NCBI GenBank assembly: GCA_051941275.1
Contig: JAVEBF010000047.1
Coordinates: 1-40,348, forward strand
Length of the DNA: 40,348 nt
Reading direction: 5' to 3'
Source of the DNA: Dirinaria sp. TL-2023a
Lineage: Eukaryota
In this document: in pieces, positions 11,998 to 23,539 of the stretch
Position numbering within the stretch: the first letter of the stretch is position 1
How the letters are laid out: each line of letters begins with the position of its first letter
Program-made: the position numbers and the translations under genes
The notes under the pieces: generated by a model
The model's input: only the letters and a program-made list of their open reading frames with translations
Told to the model about the DNA's origin: nothing
Databases searched by the model: none

Positions 11998-13857
11998 CGG
12001 TGAACGCGAGATGTTGAAAGGAAAGGCAAAATTGGAGGAGAGAGGGGTTTAGGGGCAAGCAATGGCAGAGATGGTCTATGTTGCCACTTACTACATTGGA
12101 GGGGGCGGCTGAACTTATTCCTCCTGGCCAGGAACCAACTGCAGCAACAAGCCGCAAGCCCAGCGCATTCGTCGAGGCAGAGTCCAATCTTAACCCTTCA
12201 CCGCAAGCATGGTATAGGCATGGATGAGTATTTAGACGCAGTAGTAGCATCTAGTGACTGCAGACACGTACCGTAAGCAGCCAAGCCTGCATTTTTGGCT
12301 TCACAATATCTATAGTACTGAGTCGATTGCCGCTATGTCGGGTGGCATCGTTTGAGGCTTGCGTCTTAGCGCGGACTGAATTCGATTACCAACTCCTCGA
12401 TCCTTCAAGATCCCACAGCGTCTCGGCGGTTTTTCATTCGATTTTATTCGCACAGGAGATTTAGGAGCATTGCAAATTTCCATCTCCCAAAAATATCAAT
12501 TCCACAGAGAGGTCTGCAATTAAGACAGAAATACTTAATGCGGTCTTGTTTTTAAATGAATTCCGACCCTGAAGGTTTATCTTGTATGCATGGATTCTCA
12601 CTCTTCAACTGGTGGTGGTATTGTTTAAGCGCCGCCACGGGCCGCGACATCTGAGACGCTTGTTCGTTGAAAGCCAATAAATTTGCTGCAAGAGCAGTAA
12701 TAGGTGTAAGCTTCGCTTCGGAGGAATACTCCAATGATCTCGACTAGCTGAGCCATTATTAATAATAATTGTTGGCTGCGACTGCATCGATGGTCCATTC
12801 ACCTCGAAACGTCTCAGACATGCAAGGTTGAGGCGGCGGGATCCTGATTATGTCTAGTCAGAAATTTTGTATGACACCGAGGCAATTAGTAAATCAGGAA
12901 CGTAGAGTCCAAGAAGCTGATAGCTTCTGGTCACTCGTAGTTACTGTGAATGCCAGAACATCAATTGTGGACCTGACGTGCAGCCGCCGAGCTAGAAGTT
13001 TGACGAAGGTGTTTAAGTATGAGCGCCTCGGCCGCTTTCCTCTCGAGATAGATCACTCTGATAAGTGGCAGTTCAACCCTCTAAATTTGGGGTTTGGGAA
13101 AGGCCACTTATTATTGAAGTTCCATAATACATTCGACCCTGTTCAAATTCTCTAATTCATAGTGTGCAGTTGAATACCAGAGTCGCAACTCGACATCCTT
13201 GGTGTGATATGAGGTCCCTTCCATCTATACACTCTCCTGCATCAAGGAAGCTGAAGAGAGCCGAGGATAGCTTCAGTAGCCTCTTGAGCAGCGTTGAACG
13301 CCCATAAGTCAAGCGGATGCGTCGTGTTTTGAGCAATGCGACAACCCTAACCGGTAACGAGCTTTGGAAAGAGGCATCGGCCGAGCGATGCTCCAAGACG
13401 AACAAAGAAAGTTGCCGTTCCAAAAAATGACTGATATCGAATGAAAGAACTTCATTTGTTCACTGAAACAGCTGCTGAGAGAATCAACCACAGGGAGATT
13501 CGACATCACACCCTCACGCCGTCGTGAAGATGCGCTCCAAAACCCTTGTCGAACCCTACGCAGAACTGCTCATGATCGAATTCCTCTCCTAAAGGGTACC
13601 AAGCGCCTAATTATACTTACCTTAATAATAATGAACGACTCATTCCGCCTTCCCTCGTGGCAAAGAGCGAAAGCTGATCAACGAATCGTGAAGGATCTCT
13701 ATCAACGTGTAGCCATACGAGAAGCCTCGAATCAAGATCTACATCATGGCCGAATCTGATTCCATTAATATTCCTGGCGAGCCGGGTCGTGATTTCAGAA
13801 CGATGATGTCGATCTCCTCTTTCGAAATATAGAGGCAGACATGATGTACAATTCATG

Positions 13858-14298
13858 TACGGAGTACCTGGTGATGATGATGATACTTCTACTACTTATC
13901 TGTCTCCCTGTACCTTCCATGCTTCGTTTGGCTGAGGAACAGGGGTTTCAGAAAGCATGAGTACGTAATCATGCATGAATAAGCCGAGGTACGGAGTACC
14001 TCCAAGCCTCCGTACCTCTGTACGGAGTACTGTACGTAAGCTTCCCACACAGCTCTGACCAGGTACTCCGTACCTTACTTTTCTTATTTCGACTCCATTT
14101 CAACACTGATAGGCTGACTTCAACTATGAACCATGGATAGCGGTCTTGGCTGATAATAGGACGCGTAATCGGAGAGCAGCAACGTTGTCCATGCAAGACT
14201 GAGATCCACCATTATTGCTCAGCTACTAGTCTACTACTACCTTATCTTACAGACGAATACCTAAGGTACTGTGCCTCCAACTTGACGGTACGGAGTAC
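13858..14298. promoter_or_regulatory. Cluster of TACGGAGTAC motifs in a long intergenic region
   Basis: TACGGAGTAC at 13858, 13990, 14021 and 14289, reverse complement at 14063, partial CTCCGTAC at 14008. The motifs are seen directly; a regulatory role is inferred. Confidence 0.6.
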
Positions 14299-15562
14299 TT
14301 GACCTCATCTGGCTCGAAGACGGCTGTAGTAGTGAGAGTAGTGTGAGTAGTAGCAAGCTCATGGAGTCATGGACTGCCCTCGCCAAGCGAGTACAGAAGA
14401 CTGTGCCAAGACTGCCGAGGCGCCAAGCATAGGTCGATCGCCCCGTCGAGCCTCAAGCCCGTCTTTATGGAGGTATCATTAGTATTTTGCACGCCTCTCT
14501 AAACATGCCAATCGCAATAATTTAATTGAGGAGAATCGAACATCAATTTCTTTTGCATTATTATTATGATTTTTATTGTGATTTGCTTTTGAAATCAGGA
14601 GAGTCTCGTTCTTAAGCGAATGTTGCCGGAACGACGTTTCGGAAAATGCGCTTACACGCACCGTCGCAATACCGAGGCCCCCTCGGGCAACCGGTATGAT
14701 GAGAGTAAGACTGCAGCATTCCGCCAACCACAACAATCCATTGGCGACCGTTTTCCTCGCCCCAACATGAAGCACCAGGTCAATCCTGAAGATGTGCGTC
14801 ACAATCCGCAGCTCCGTCGTCACGAGCAATGCGCATGAACGAAGGTTTCCACGTCAGCCGGAGCTGGTGGGTGGAGGGTGAAGGGTGGTTGGACGACGGA
14901 GCTTGCCAGAAAAGAGGTTGGCCCGCCCAAAGCTAAGGTACCTTAGTGCTGTCCAGTGACTACGGTACAGTCCCTCGAGTACTCACAGACTCGCAGACTC
15001 AGTGGCCTCGGTGGGTGCTGGACTGCTGGTCAAGCAGATCTTCTTGACCCCATCTCACTGGGATCGTCTGCGCGCCAAACCGTTTCAAGACAGAATTCCA
15101 GACATCGGCCTCCTTGATTGGCTCTGGACTCGTATTTTTGTCACTATCATTAGCTTCGCTATCTTGATGGATGCAACGCTAGTCCTTCGGTGGCAGCTAC
15201 TAGGCGATACTGGGCGATCGGAGCTTCGACTTGCAGTCTTGCACCAACCCCCCCTCGCCCCCCTTTCTGGCCAGCCTACCACTGCTAGCCCGCCATGCCG
15301 GTCGAAACCCCCGCCCAGCCAAAGCAATTACGAGTACATCCGAATTCTTGAAAAGCTCCTCGAATCCCTCCCGGTTTTCTTCCCTCTCTTTTTTCCACAC
15401 GATCTCGACATTCCACCACTTCTTCATCCACCTCCATTCGCTCTCAACTTCTGAACGGTCACTCGCTATTGCCGTTCTTGCTGCATAGTTAGCCTGTTCA
15501 TATATATATTGCCGTCGCATTCCATTGTGCGTCTTCTCCTGACTCCATCGGCCCCCTTCACC

Positions 15563-16440
15563 ATGCATTACTTCCTCGCCACCCTCGCTGCCCTCGCAGC
15601 CACAGCCATTGCTCAAAGCAGCTCCACTCCTGGTTGCAACCCTAATTCTCCTAAGTTCATAATCGTCCCACTCAATGTAACCCTTTCAAAGAATGTTAAA
15701 CGAGATTCGGTAATTCCCCCCTTCCCGGTCTCCCAGAGATGGGCATTCTCCAATGCTAACGTTGGACATGGAAGGCCCCACCCGCCTGCCAATCGCCCAC
15801 CATCACCCTGAACAACGGTATCCTTAAAGACCAACGCAATTTCCAAGGCGAGATCGTTGCCAACAACCAGCTGCAATTCGACCCTATTTTGCAACCGGGC
15901 CGGAAATTCGACAGCGGGTTCTGCGTCTTTGGAAACGGTTCTCTCGCAATCGGCGGCTCTGCCATATTCTATTCATGTATCTCAGGAAGCTTCTCGAATC
16001 TCTACAACGCGGACATCGGCTCCGTCTGCTCACAGGTGTACCTGAACGCGACCCAATGTGTCGATACTCCCGGCTCTAGCTCTAGCTCTAGCTCCAGCTC
16101 CAGCTCCAGCAGCTCGAGCTCGACTTCTGTCGCTACGAGCAGAGCTAGTACTCCCGCTGCCGTCCCATCTACCCCTGCCACCAGTGCCGCGCCTCCACCA
16201 GTCACGACAGCTGCACCTGCGCCCGTTGCTCCTTTCCCAGTCAGTCGCAACACGACCACCCCCGCTGCCAGTGGCTCGGCTGCCGGGACTGGGTCGCGTA
16301 CTACCACCTCTACCACCGCTGGCACTTCGTCGACTACAAGGCCAGCTACCTTCCAGCCATCGAGCGGTGCGAACGCCATTGCGATCGGAAGCCAGCTCGT
16401 TGCTGGGATTGCTGCTATCGGCGCTTTCGCCATGTTCTGA
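15563..16440 (+). CDS. Cell-wall mannoprotein with PIR1/CIS3-like Cys domain, Ser/Thr stalk and GPI signal, 2 exons, ~270 aa
   Basis: Signal peptide MHYFLATLAALAATAIAQ, KR site, intron 15710-15774 (GTAATT...GCTAAC...AAG). Then TLNNGILKD...GEIVANNQLQFD...NGSLAIGGSAIFYSCISGSFSNLY...C, matching the PIR C-terminal domain pattern; C-terminal SSGANA plus hydrophobic tail. Confidence 0.87.
16075..16122 (+). repeat. Hexanucleotide (TCTAGC/TCCAGC)n coding repeat, poly-Ser
   Basis: Tandem hexamers encode the Ser run after the Cys domain. Confidence 0.8.
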
Positions 16441-19010
16441 AAACCTTCGCATTACAGTGATGAAACACATAGTGTGTGGGATTTAGGACATTGGGGCCGA
16501 AACGCGACGTGAATGGCAATGAAGGGGCCAGGAGCAACAAGCGGAAGACGGTTGGGCCAGCAAATCTTGGTGCTCCAAAGCATTTTCTTGGTTATAGTTG
16601 GAAAAAAAAAGAGGCATTAGTGTGGACTACATCATGCAGTCATGAGCGAAGTATTGTATCTAGAAAACAGTAGGGCATAATCTATAATCAGGTAATGGAG
16701 GAAGCTTTGGCATCAACCACAAGGAAAACACAATCATCTTTGTGTCAGACATGATTATCATCATTAGACTTTCCATCACGAGATGTTCGGCTGTTCCTTA
16801 GGTATGCCGAATACACCCTAATCGACCAATAAAAGAGTCAATTATTGAAGATTCTTAGTTCCACGAACCCTTGTGTTGGGCTTACGACGATGGACTTGGC
16901 GGGCGCTATCGAAATTAAGCCACAAGCCTCCATCTCTCTCAAAGTCTCAAAGTCTCAGTCTCAAATAACATTAATTGTGCCTAGACCATTCTCTAACAGT
17001 GTTTACCCCAGGAATGTTTACCCTTATTCCAGTCCGGCTACATTCCTTAGTCCCATGCGCTACTCACTACTGGAATTAAGGAAAACCATCTTCTTCTTCC
17101 CCCGCCACAAGATCTTCGAAGATCTCTTCCCACTCCACTACTGTGATGTTGAAACCCAGCACTCCTGTCCTCAATCATAATAGTGGACCTCAGTGCTTTG
17201 TGCCGTATGTACGCGCCGACGTGCATGAGACGTCCCGCTCCCTTGCCCCCAGGATAGACGTTTCATCTGAGGCCGGGAACGACAGTTGCAGTGGCCCAAG
17301 TACAGCGCTCAGGCGTTGTTATCTGAGAGCTGCGTGGCGCCCAACAACGCATCTGGAAGCTGAACGTGACAAGTGCGCTCTTGAAGAATCGATATCTTCA
17401 AGGACAGTGAAAGGTGCACAATATCAGACCTTCATATCGAAGTTAGGGATGATGAGGGCTCACCCTTTTACCTAACTCTACAACATTTACTCAGCGCTTG
17501 TAGCCCCAAAATTGATCTCCATCTATCAATCAGCGAACGATCCCGGTTCGTGCTCCTATCTAAGCGCTGCTGTTCCGACCGCTGTGTCGAGACATGAAAG
17601 CGCGGCCTCTTGCGACGACTTGGGAAATTAAGGAAGACCGCTTCCGAAATCTACGTTTGTGTGGGGATTTTCTTGATTGTTGTTATTTTTCATCGTGTGT
17701 CTACATTGCGCTTGTCGCAGCGCTGCCATTTTCATTTGTATCTGGCCATAGAAGCGGTAGGTCTGTGGCTCTTATTTCGGGCACTGGCTGTGTGGCGCTG
17801 CGGTCGCGCGGCGCTTATTCCTGGCGTCGCTCTACTCAATTGTGATGCGTGATGCGTCTGATTTTATTCAAGGCTAAAACGATGCTCAACTCGCCGAATG
17901 CATCGTTCGACATTTAAAAGAGCAGTGGTATACAGCTTCGTACTGATCTAAAACCAAAGACGTGCACGAAACACTAGTATACTGGCGGTTTGCCCTCCGA
18001 ATTTCACCAGACTCACCCAGGGATCACGCCTGATTTATAAACTCACACTCTATCCTCGTTCGCCACCATACCCAGGTTTCGTTGAATCAGGCACAAATTC
18101 CTACATTTGCCTATCCACCGCCCAGACCTGCCCTCAAAAAGCCTACTTAGTAAGACTGTGGTAACATAGCCTCTTGAACAACATGAAAAATCAGGCTTTA
18201 TGTACCGGACTAGAGGGCAAGCAGTGCTCCAATGACCGTTGCTGCTAGCGCACATCGTTGGCTAGTATACATGTTGTACGAGCTTGCTCCCCTGAAATGA
18301 AGTGGCTCTACGCCTGTCGGTAGGTTCTATCTCACTACTTGGACGACGACATCAATTCGAGCGAACGCCCTGCAGGAGCGAACACGAGCTTAATTGTCTC
18401 CTCGTGGGCATGTCTTAAGGATCGCAGCAAGCTGTCAACCGCAGAGAATAAGATCCAAGGCACGTAATATTCTAAATAGCATCAGAGCCGTATAGTATGG
18501 CTCACAGCTCATGGAAAAATTCAGCAAAGCAGTGCCATCGAACTTTGAGCGGCCTGCGACAGAAGCAGCGTCTTATTATGTCTCTGTTCAACCAAAGCGG
18601 GACCGAGATCGATATTGCAACTGCTTTTCGACTAGTAGACTAAAAGGCTCGACACCCAATTCCGAGGGCTGAGCAGACCTGTTCGACATGAGCCGGACAA
18701 CCAAGAATTTTTCATTGTTCAAAGTACCATTGTTTCCCATCTCCGTACTATGTCTCACGCACGTCTCGAATGTTGACAAAGACAAGTTTGATGAAACAAA
18801 CCACAGAACGATGGCATTGTCCAGTTCATGCTCACAGTGACACTATAAGTAAATCAATATATATATATATACATATATATTACTACTTCAGCACTCTTGT
18901 TATCCCTTACCATCCTCCTCTTTTCTCCTACAGAGCAGCTCTAGTAAGCTGACCTCCTTCCATAATCTCCTAAAGATCAAGCAGGTAACCAAAGACACGA
19001 TACTCCGAGA

Positions 19011-20324
19011 ATGGTGGCCTCCAGCCATACCAGCAACTCTGAGGATCGTGAATGCCCCATCTGCAACGAACTCTACGGCGAGCATGAGCGCGCGAAAGAG
19101 CTGGTCTGCGGTCATATCTTCGGAAGCCGCTGCATCCGTCGATGGTTACGCAACCACGATACGTGCCCAAATTGCAGAACGAACGTGGTGAGGGATGTTT
19201 TGCATCCTGTCTTTAGTGGGTCGCATGCTTCTGTTGAATGGACCACACGACCGGTCTATGAGGTTACAAATCGATCCTCGACACCGCAATTGGAGGTCTC
19301 CTCTACATCTACTAGACGAGACTCGACCGTGCAACTACAAAATGTAGCTGCACCCAGCCGCCCTACCCGTAGGGACACCAGTCGAAGGTCAGCAGAGGCC
19401 TCTTCGAGCCGTCACCCCATCGTGGGGGCCAGCGGATCTACTCGTCACGAGTCAAATCTTCCACCAGAAGCATTTATTGATCAAACGACAGCATCCCAGC
19501 CGCTACCCTCGCACATTTCCGCTTCCGAGCTGCGGGAACTGCTGCAAACAGAGCTCTGGTATTGGTCAATCTGGGCTCTTCGTCGGCTGCGACGGCGCAT
19601 TTTTCAAGAGCGCGAGCAGCGGAGCCAAATTCGTCCAGAGGACCTCGATCGATTGTATCGTAGGGTCAGGCGGGCTGCCTATGACAGCTGGGAGGATGAA
19701 GCACCGTCACATAACGGCCATCGCTCTATATCTCGTGCTGAGGAGAATATCTCTCGTCGTCCCAAGCCATTGCGGGCCATGATACCCGTAATCGTAGAGA
19801 ACTATTCTCCCCCACCAAGTCCGCACAGCCCAACAAGAAACAGCCATCCTCGCGACATCCAACGTGATCGCTCAATCAAGTACCCCAAAGACGATCTAGA
19901 AGGCAGGAGACCTGTGATCGAAACCCGTATGTCACGGAGCAGCAGCACTCGCCACCAGGAACCCGAGATAGGCACTTCCCGCCATCATGACCGTAGCCAA
20001 GTAAATCGTTCTAATACCGTGCACTCGTCTCGCCATCGCCAACATGAACACACGGACACGTCACGGTCTTCTCGTGCGCGGCAGCCGCCTGTGCGGTCTA
20101 CGACTCTTTATCCCCCCCGTCGGCCTTCACGTACAGCTGCAACTGTCCGCGAAGAAGAAGGAGAGCGGTCTTTGCGCGCTCATGACGCCAGTGGAAGACA
20201 TACATCTCGTTCGTCTCGTGCACAGCCGCATGTCAGATCCAGTACGGTTCGCGATTCCCGCGTCGAAGGATGGCTGCAGGGCCAGGCTGTTCCCGAGGAA
20301 GATTCTCCAAATACCGAGAACTGA
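19011..20324 (+). CDS. RING-finger protein (putative E3 ligase) with long R/S-rich disordered tail
   Basis: CPIC-x14-CGHIFGSRC-x10-CPNC at the N-terminus of a 437-aa single-exon ORF. Confidence 0.85.
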   Translation: MVASSHTSNSEDRECPICNELYGEHERAKELVCGHIFGSRCIRRWLRNHDTCPNCRTNVVRDVLHPVFSGSHASVEWTTRPVYEVTNRSSTPQLEVSSTSTRRDSTVQLQNVAAPSRPTRRDTSRRSAEASSSRHPIVGASGSTRHESNLPPEAFIDQTTASQPLPSHISASELRELLQTELWYWSIWALRRLRRRIFQEREQRSQIRPEDLDRLYRRVRRAAYDSWEDEAPSHNGHRSISRAEENISRRPKPLRAMIPVIVENYSPPPSPHSPTRNSHPRDIQRDRSIKYPKDDLEGRRPVIETRMSRSSSTRHQEPEIGTSRHHDRSQVNRSNTVHSSRHRQHEHTDTSRSSRARQPPVRSTTLYPPRRPSRTAATVREEEGERSLRAHDASGRHTSRSSRAQPHVRSSTVRDSRVEGWLQGQAVPEEDSPNTEN

Positions 20325-20961
20325 AGAAGGAATGGATTGGAGTCGAGTGATTTCGAGGCTATTTTGGAGCTTTGCATGTCCGGCCGAGAAGTGTTTTGCG
20401 TGAGTGAAATTTCTGTTCTTGCCTGATATTTAAGAGAATAAGTCAGTGCGGGAAAGGGGGGAGGGGTTAGTAGATTCGCATGCATGCTCACTTCAGGCGC
20501 CTGCATTTCTTGGAATTCTACTAATTAATAGTAATAGTAATGTCTATTATCTGACTTTCAAGATAAAAAAAAACACAAAAGCCACACTTTCTAGTTCACT
20601 TACTCACTTACTACTTAGTGCCTACCTTGCACAGAGAAATGTGTTGGGATGTGGATGTCTGGATGGTTAGGTTCATTGATGCTATCTCATGTGTGTGCAT
20701 TGGAGATCCTTGATGCCATTGCTGCATACGGGAGCATACATACGAGATTATCATTCAGGATTTCATGCTTGGTGTGCAATTATCATCATGCGCATGCATA
20801 CTATGAAGTGAAGCGTCGATGGATAGAAGGAGCCGCCTATCCATTGTGAACAATCTCTCGTTTCTGTTAGATGATAACTAATTTTACAGACTGTCTATCC
20901 TCAATTCTGTGTTACGATTTGAAAGCACGAGTACCCGAACCCGGTACTGATGATGCACGGA

Positions 20962-20996
20962 GCCGATAAAGGGGCCGATAAAGGGGCCGATGAAGG
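20962..20996 (+). repeat. 12-bp tandem repeat (GCCGATAAAGGG), ~3 copies
   Basis: gccgataaaggg gccgataaaggg gccgatgaagg. Confidence 0.85.
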
Positions 20997-21244
20997 AAGT
21001 ACAGAAAGAAACATGGGCATTTGTTTGACAGCCTACATTACTGTAAAACCCGAAACCCCGTTCACGTGCTCGCGTCATTATCTCCGAGGGTTTTATTACA
21101 ACTTCAACACCCAGGCTTCACTTCAACTCTTTGACTCTTTCTAACGATACTAAAGTACACACTCACTTGCGCGCTTCCTACCCTCGAGGTTTGTACCCAT
21201 CCCCACTACCATCGTTGGCTCTATCTAACCATACCAGAGGCACG

Positions 21245-22111
21245 ATGACTTCCCACACTCCAGCTGAGTTGGAAACACTGCCATCAGGTATCCTTTCCAT
21301 GATATCCGCCGGCTTATCGGACATACATGCAAGCTGACATTCCGAGGTTGTAGAGTTAAAGGTCCAAATCCTAAAGTCCCTACCCGATGTCGAAACACTG
21401 GAGGCCTTGATCCGGGCTTCGCCCGTGTACCACGCCCTCTACGCCGCTGACCGTGAGGAACGGGATGACCGCCATCCACAATGCCCATTTCGCCTTTGCG
21501 AAGAAGAACCCGGTAGACATCGCAAAGTATATGACGGAGTCGTGGCTGAAGATCTAATCCCCGACGATGCCCATGAGGCCGAATTCCTGCATTTTCTCAT
21601 TACGCGCCGGATTTATACCTACAGCCCAATCTTCACCCGAGTCACACTTAACGAATTGGCACAGAGATTTCCGGAGCTGTTTCTTCCCGCTACTCTCATG
21701 GAGTACCACTTACCTGACTGGCGTTTGCAACGTCATCGAGGGCTCAACTCAATAATAGAATCTTTCCACCGCCAACTCATGCGATTTGGAGGCATTGGAC
21801 CTATCCAACTGGAAGTTCGGGACTGCCGCGCTTTGCTCGCTCTCGATGGTATCATCGCGTGGGAGGGCGAGCTCCTCGATTTGACTTATTGCAATGTACC
21901 GGCAGCCGGTAGTCCCTATTGGCGACAGTCCCTGCGTTACTACTCCGTCTGGGTGGATGCATCTGATGACGATTGGGAAGCCGCACAATGGCGGATGGAT
22001 ATCATTAGGGAGTCGCATCGAACTGCTTTGGGAGCCGCGCAAGCCGGGCAATATCTGACCCGCAAGGGTAACGTGGTAGCTGTTCAGAGGGATGTGATAG
22101 ATAAAGCCTGA
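21245..22111 (+). CDS. Hypothetical protein with N-terminal F-box-like motif, 2 exons, ~266 aa
   Basis: Intron 21288-21353 (GTATCC...GCTGAC...TAG) removes an in-frame TGA and yields LETLPSELKVQILKSLPDVETLEALIRASPVYHALY, in frame with track ORF 21407-22111. Confidence 0.75.
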
Positions 22112-22666
22112 TACTACCTATCCTTATCCCGGGCAAGTGTCTAGATGGCCGTGACTTTATCTCATAGAAACCATTAATGTCATCTCGAATGCGCATTTGC
22201 TGGATGTGTGATCCCCCTTGGTCAGTCAGCTGATCTGGAACATACAGACACATATCGTTTCGATGCACTTAACAGCATGAGGAGATCTTTCTGACACAGC
22301 CAACGATATTGGCGATGAGACTTGCGCTCTACGCTTAACATTGTGTCTCACGTTGTATTTGAATTGGCATATAATAGTACATCGACAGCTTCTTTGACTT
22401 TTACAATTGCTTCATCGTCCGTTTATTACCATATTCAATATCGCATTGCGACAACCCTTTTCCATGGATCGCCGAGATAAATGAGACTGTTGACGTCAAA
22501 GGCAGCATATTTTGGGACAGATGTTGCTTGTCAAATCGACGTCTCTGACGTCGACGAGATTCAAAAAATAATATATATAATTTGTCAAGACCAATCTCAG
22601 TGAAATATCGAAAGCACTTCGATTGTCGACAGTGCATCTCAAGTAACAAGGCGCACTTTCCTTAAC

Positions 22667-23103
22667 TGTAAGACCGGGACCGGGTGGACCGGTTCACCAC
22701 CAAGAAAGTGGCAAGTATAGTTTGACGAAAACGGCTAGTCTCCGCAAGATTGGTAATAGGTAATGGATAATAGGCTTAGCTATTGGCCCGGATAGTATAC
22801 ATGGCAGTCCGCATAATGGCAGTCGGCGGATAGGTAGACCGCAGGGCGCCGGGTAATAGTGATATCGGGTATATAGTAACCCACAAATGCTCGCTTTTCT
22901 TATAGATGTTAGGCAATTAATCACACACATACACACTGCCAAACATAGGTGCAATTGACCTCATAAACACCTCCTAAATCTGACACTACCTAAGGAAGGA
23001 AGGAAGGAAGGATGCTTGATGGAAAGGAAGTCTGTTGGTTATTAGGCTAGTCCAAGGAATGGAGTTAGGCCGGTACTCCGGCAGGCCTGGTTGGCCATTT
23101 ACA
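22667..23103. mobile_element. LTR-like sequence(s): solo or nested LTR fragments
   Basis: Starts TGTAAGA at 22667. Candidate ends are TCTGACA (22985) or TTTACA (23103). Internal TATATAG and short direct repeats; adjacent to a gypsy pol remnant. No perfect target-site duplication. Confidence 0.55.
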
Positions 23104-23140
23104 ACACCAACACTGATCTGAGTGCGTTCCAACTCCCGAA

Positions 23141-23502
23141 ATGGAATACATTATGTATCCTCATGGTATCCGGTAGCTTCAAATCATAGGATGCTCCATG
23201 AAATTTGACGATCGGAAAGGGGCCTAACATCTTATCTTCTAGTCTGTTTGACGGCCTGTCGGTGTTTATATTCTTGCTTGATAAAAACAACCTGGTCCCC
23301 AACTTCATAAGAGACATCCTTGCGATGTTTATCAGCTTGACTTTTAACTACTTGTTGGGATGGCTACGCAGCGGATCGCATGAGGTCTAACACATTTTGC
23401 ATGGTGCCAGCGATATCTTCAGCCTTTGCTGCCTGAATTCGATCCCGTGCAGTTGCATATTGTGTATTGTTCCGGCGAGAAAGTCACGCGCGGGTGACCC
23501 AT
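23141..23502 (-). mobile_element. Degenerate Ty3/gypsy retrotransposon integrase C-terminal (SH3-like) remnant
   Basis: Across frameshifts and a stop: GHPRVTFSP / NTQYATARDRIQAAKAEDIAGTMQNVLDLMR...QADKHRKDVSYEVGDQV / FLSSKNINTDRPSNRLEDKMLGPFPI...YDLKLPDTMRIHNVFH, typical of fungal chromovirus pol. Confidence 0.88.
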
Positions 23503-23539
23503 TGGCGCATTGAAATCATCTGCCTGGCCTAAAAAGCAT

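Noticed and set aside
13858..14298. CRISPR-like reading of the recurring 10-mer
   Set aside because: Eukaryotic context, repeat too short, irregular spacing and mixed orientation.
14479..15616. ORFs upstream of the PIR-like gene
   Set aside because: Non-ATG or low-complexity; the region looks like promoter and pyrimidine-rich 5' leader.
16002..16486. ELELEL / ARARA repeat ORFs
   Set aside because: Alternative-frame readings of the poly-Ser hexamer repeat.
16845..18255. Short ORFs and GC-rich AGCGCT-containing stretch
   Set aside because: No domain, terminal repeats or RNA motif could be supported.
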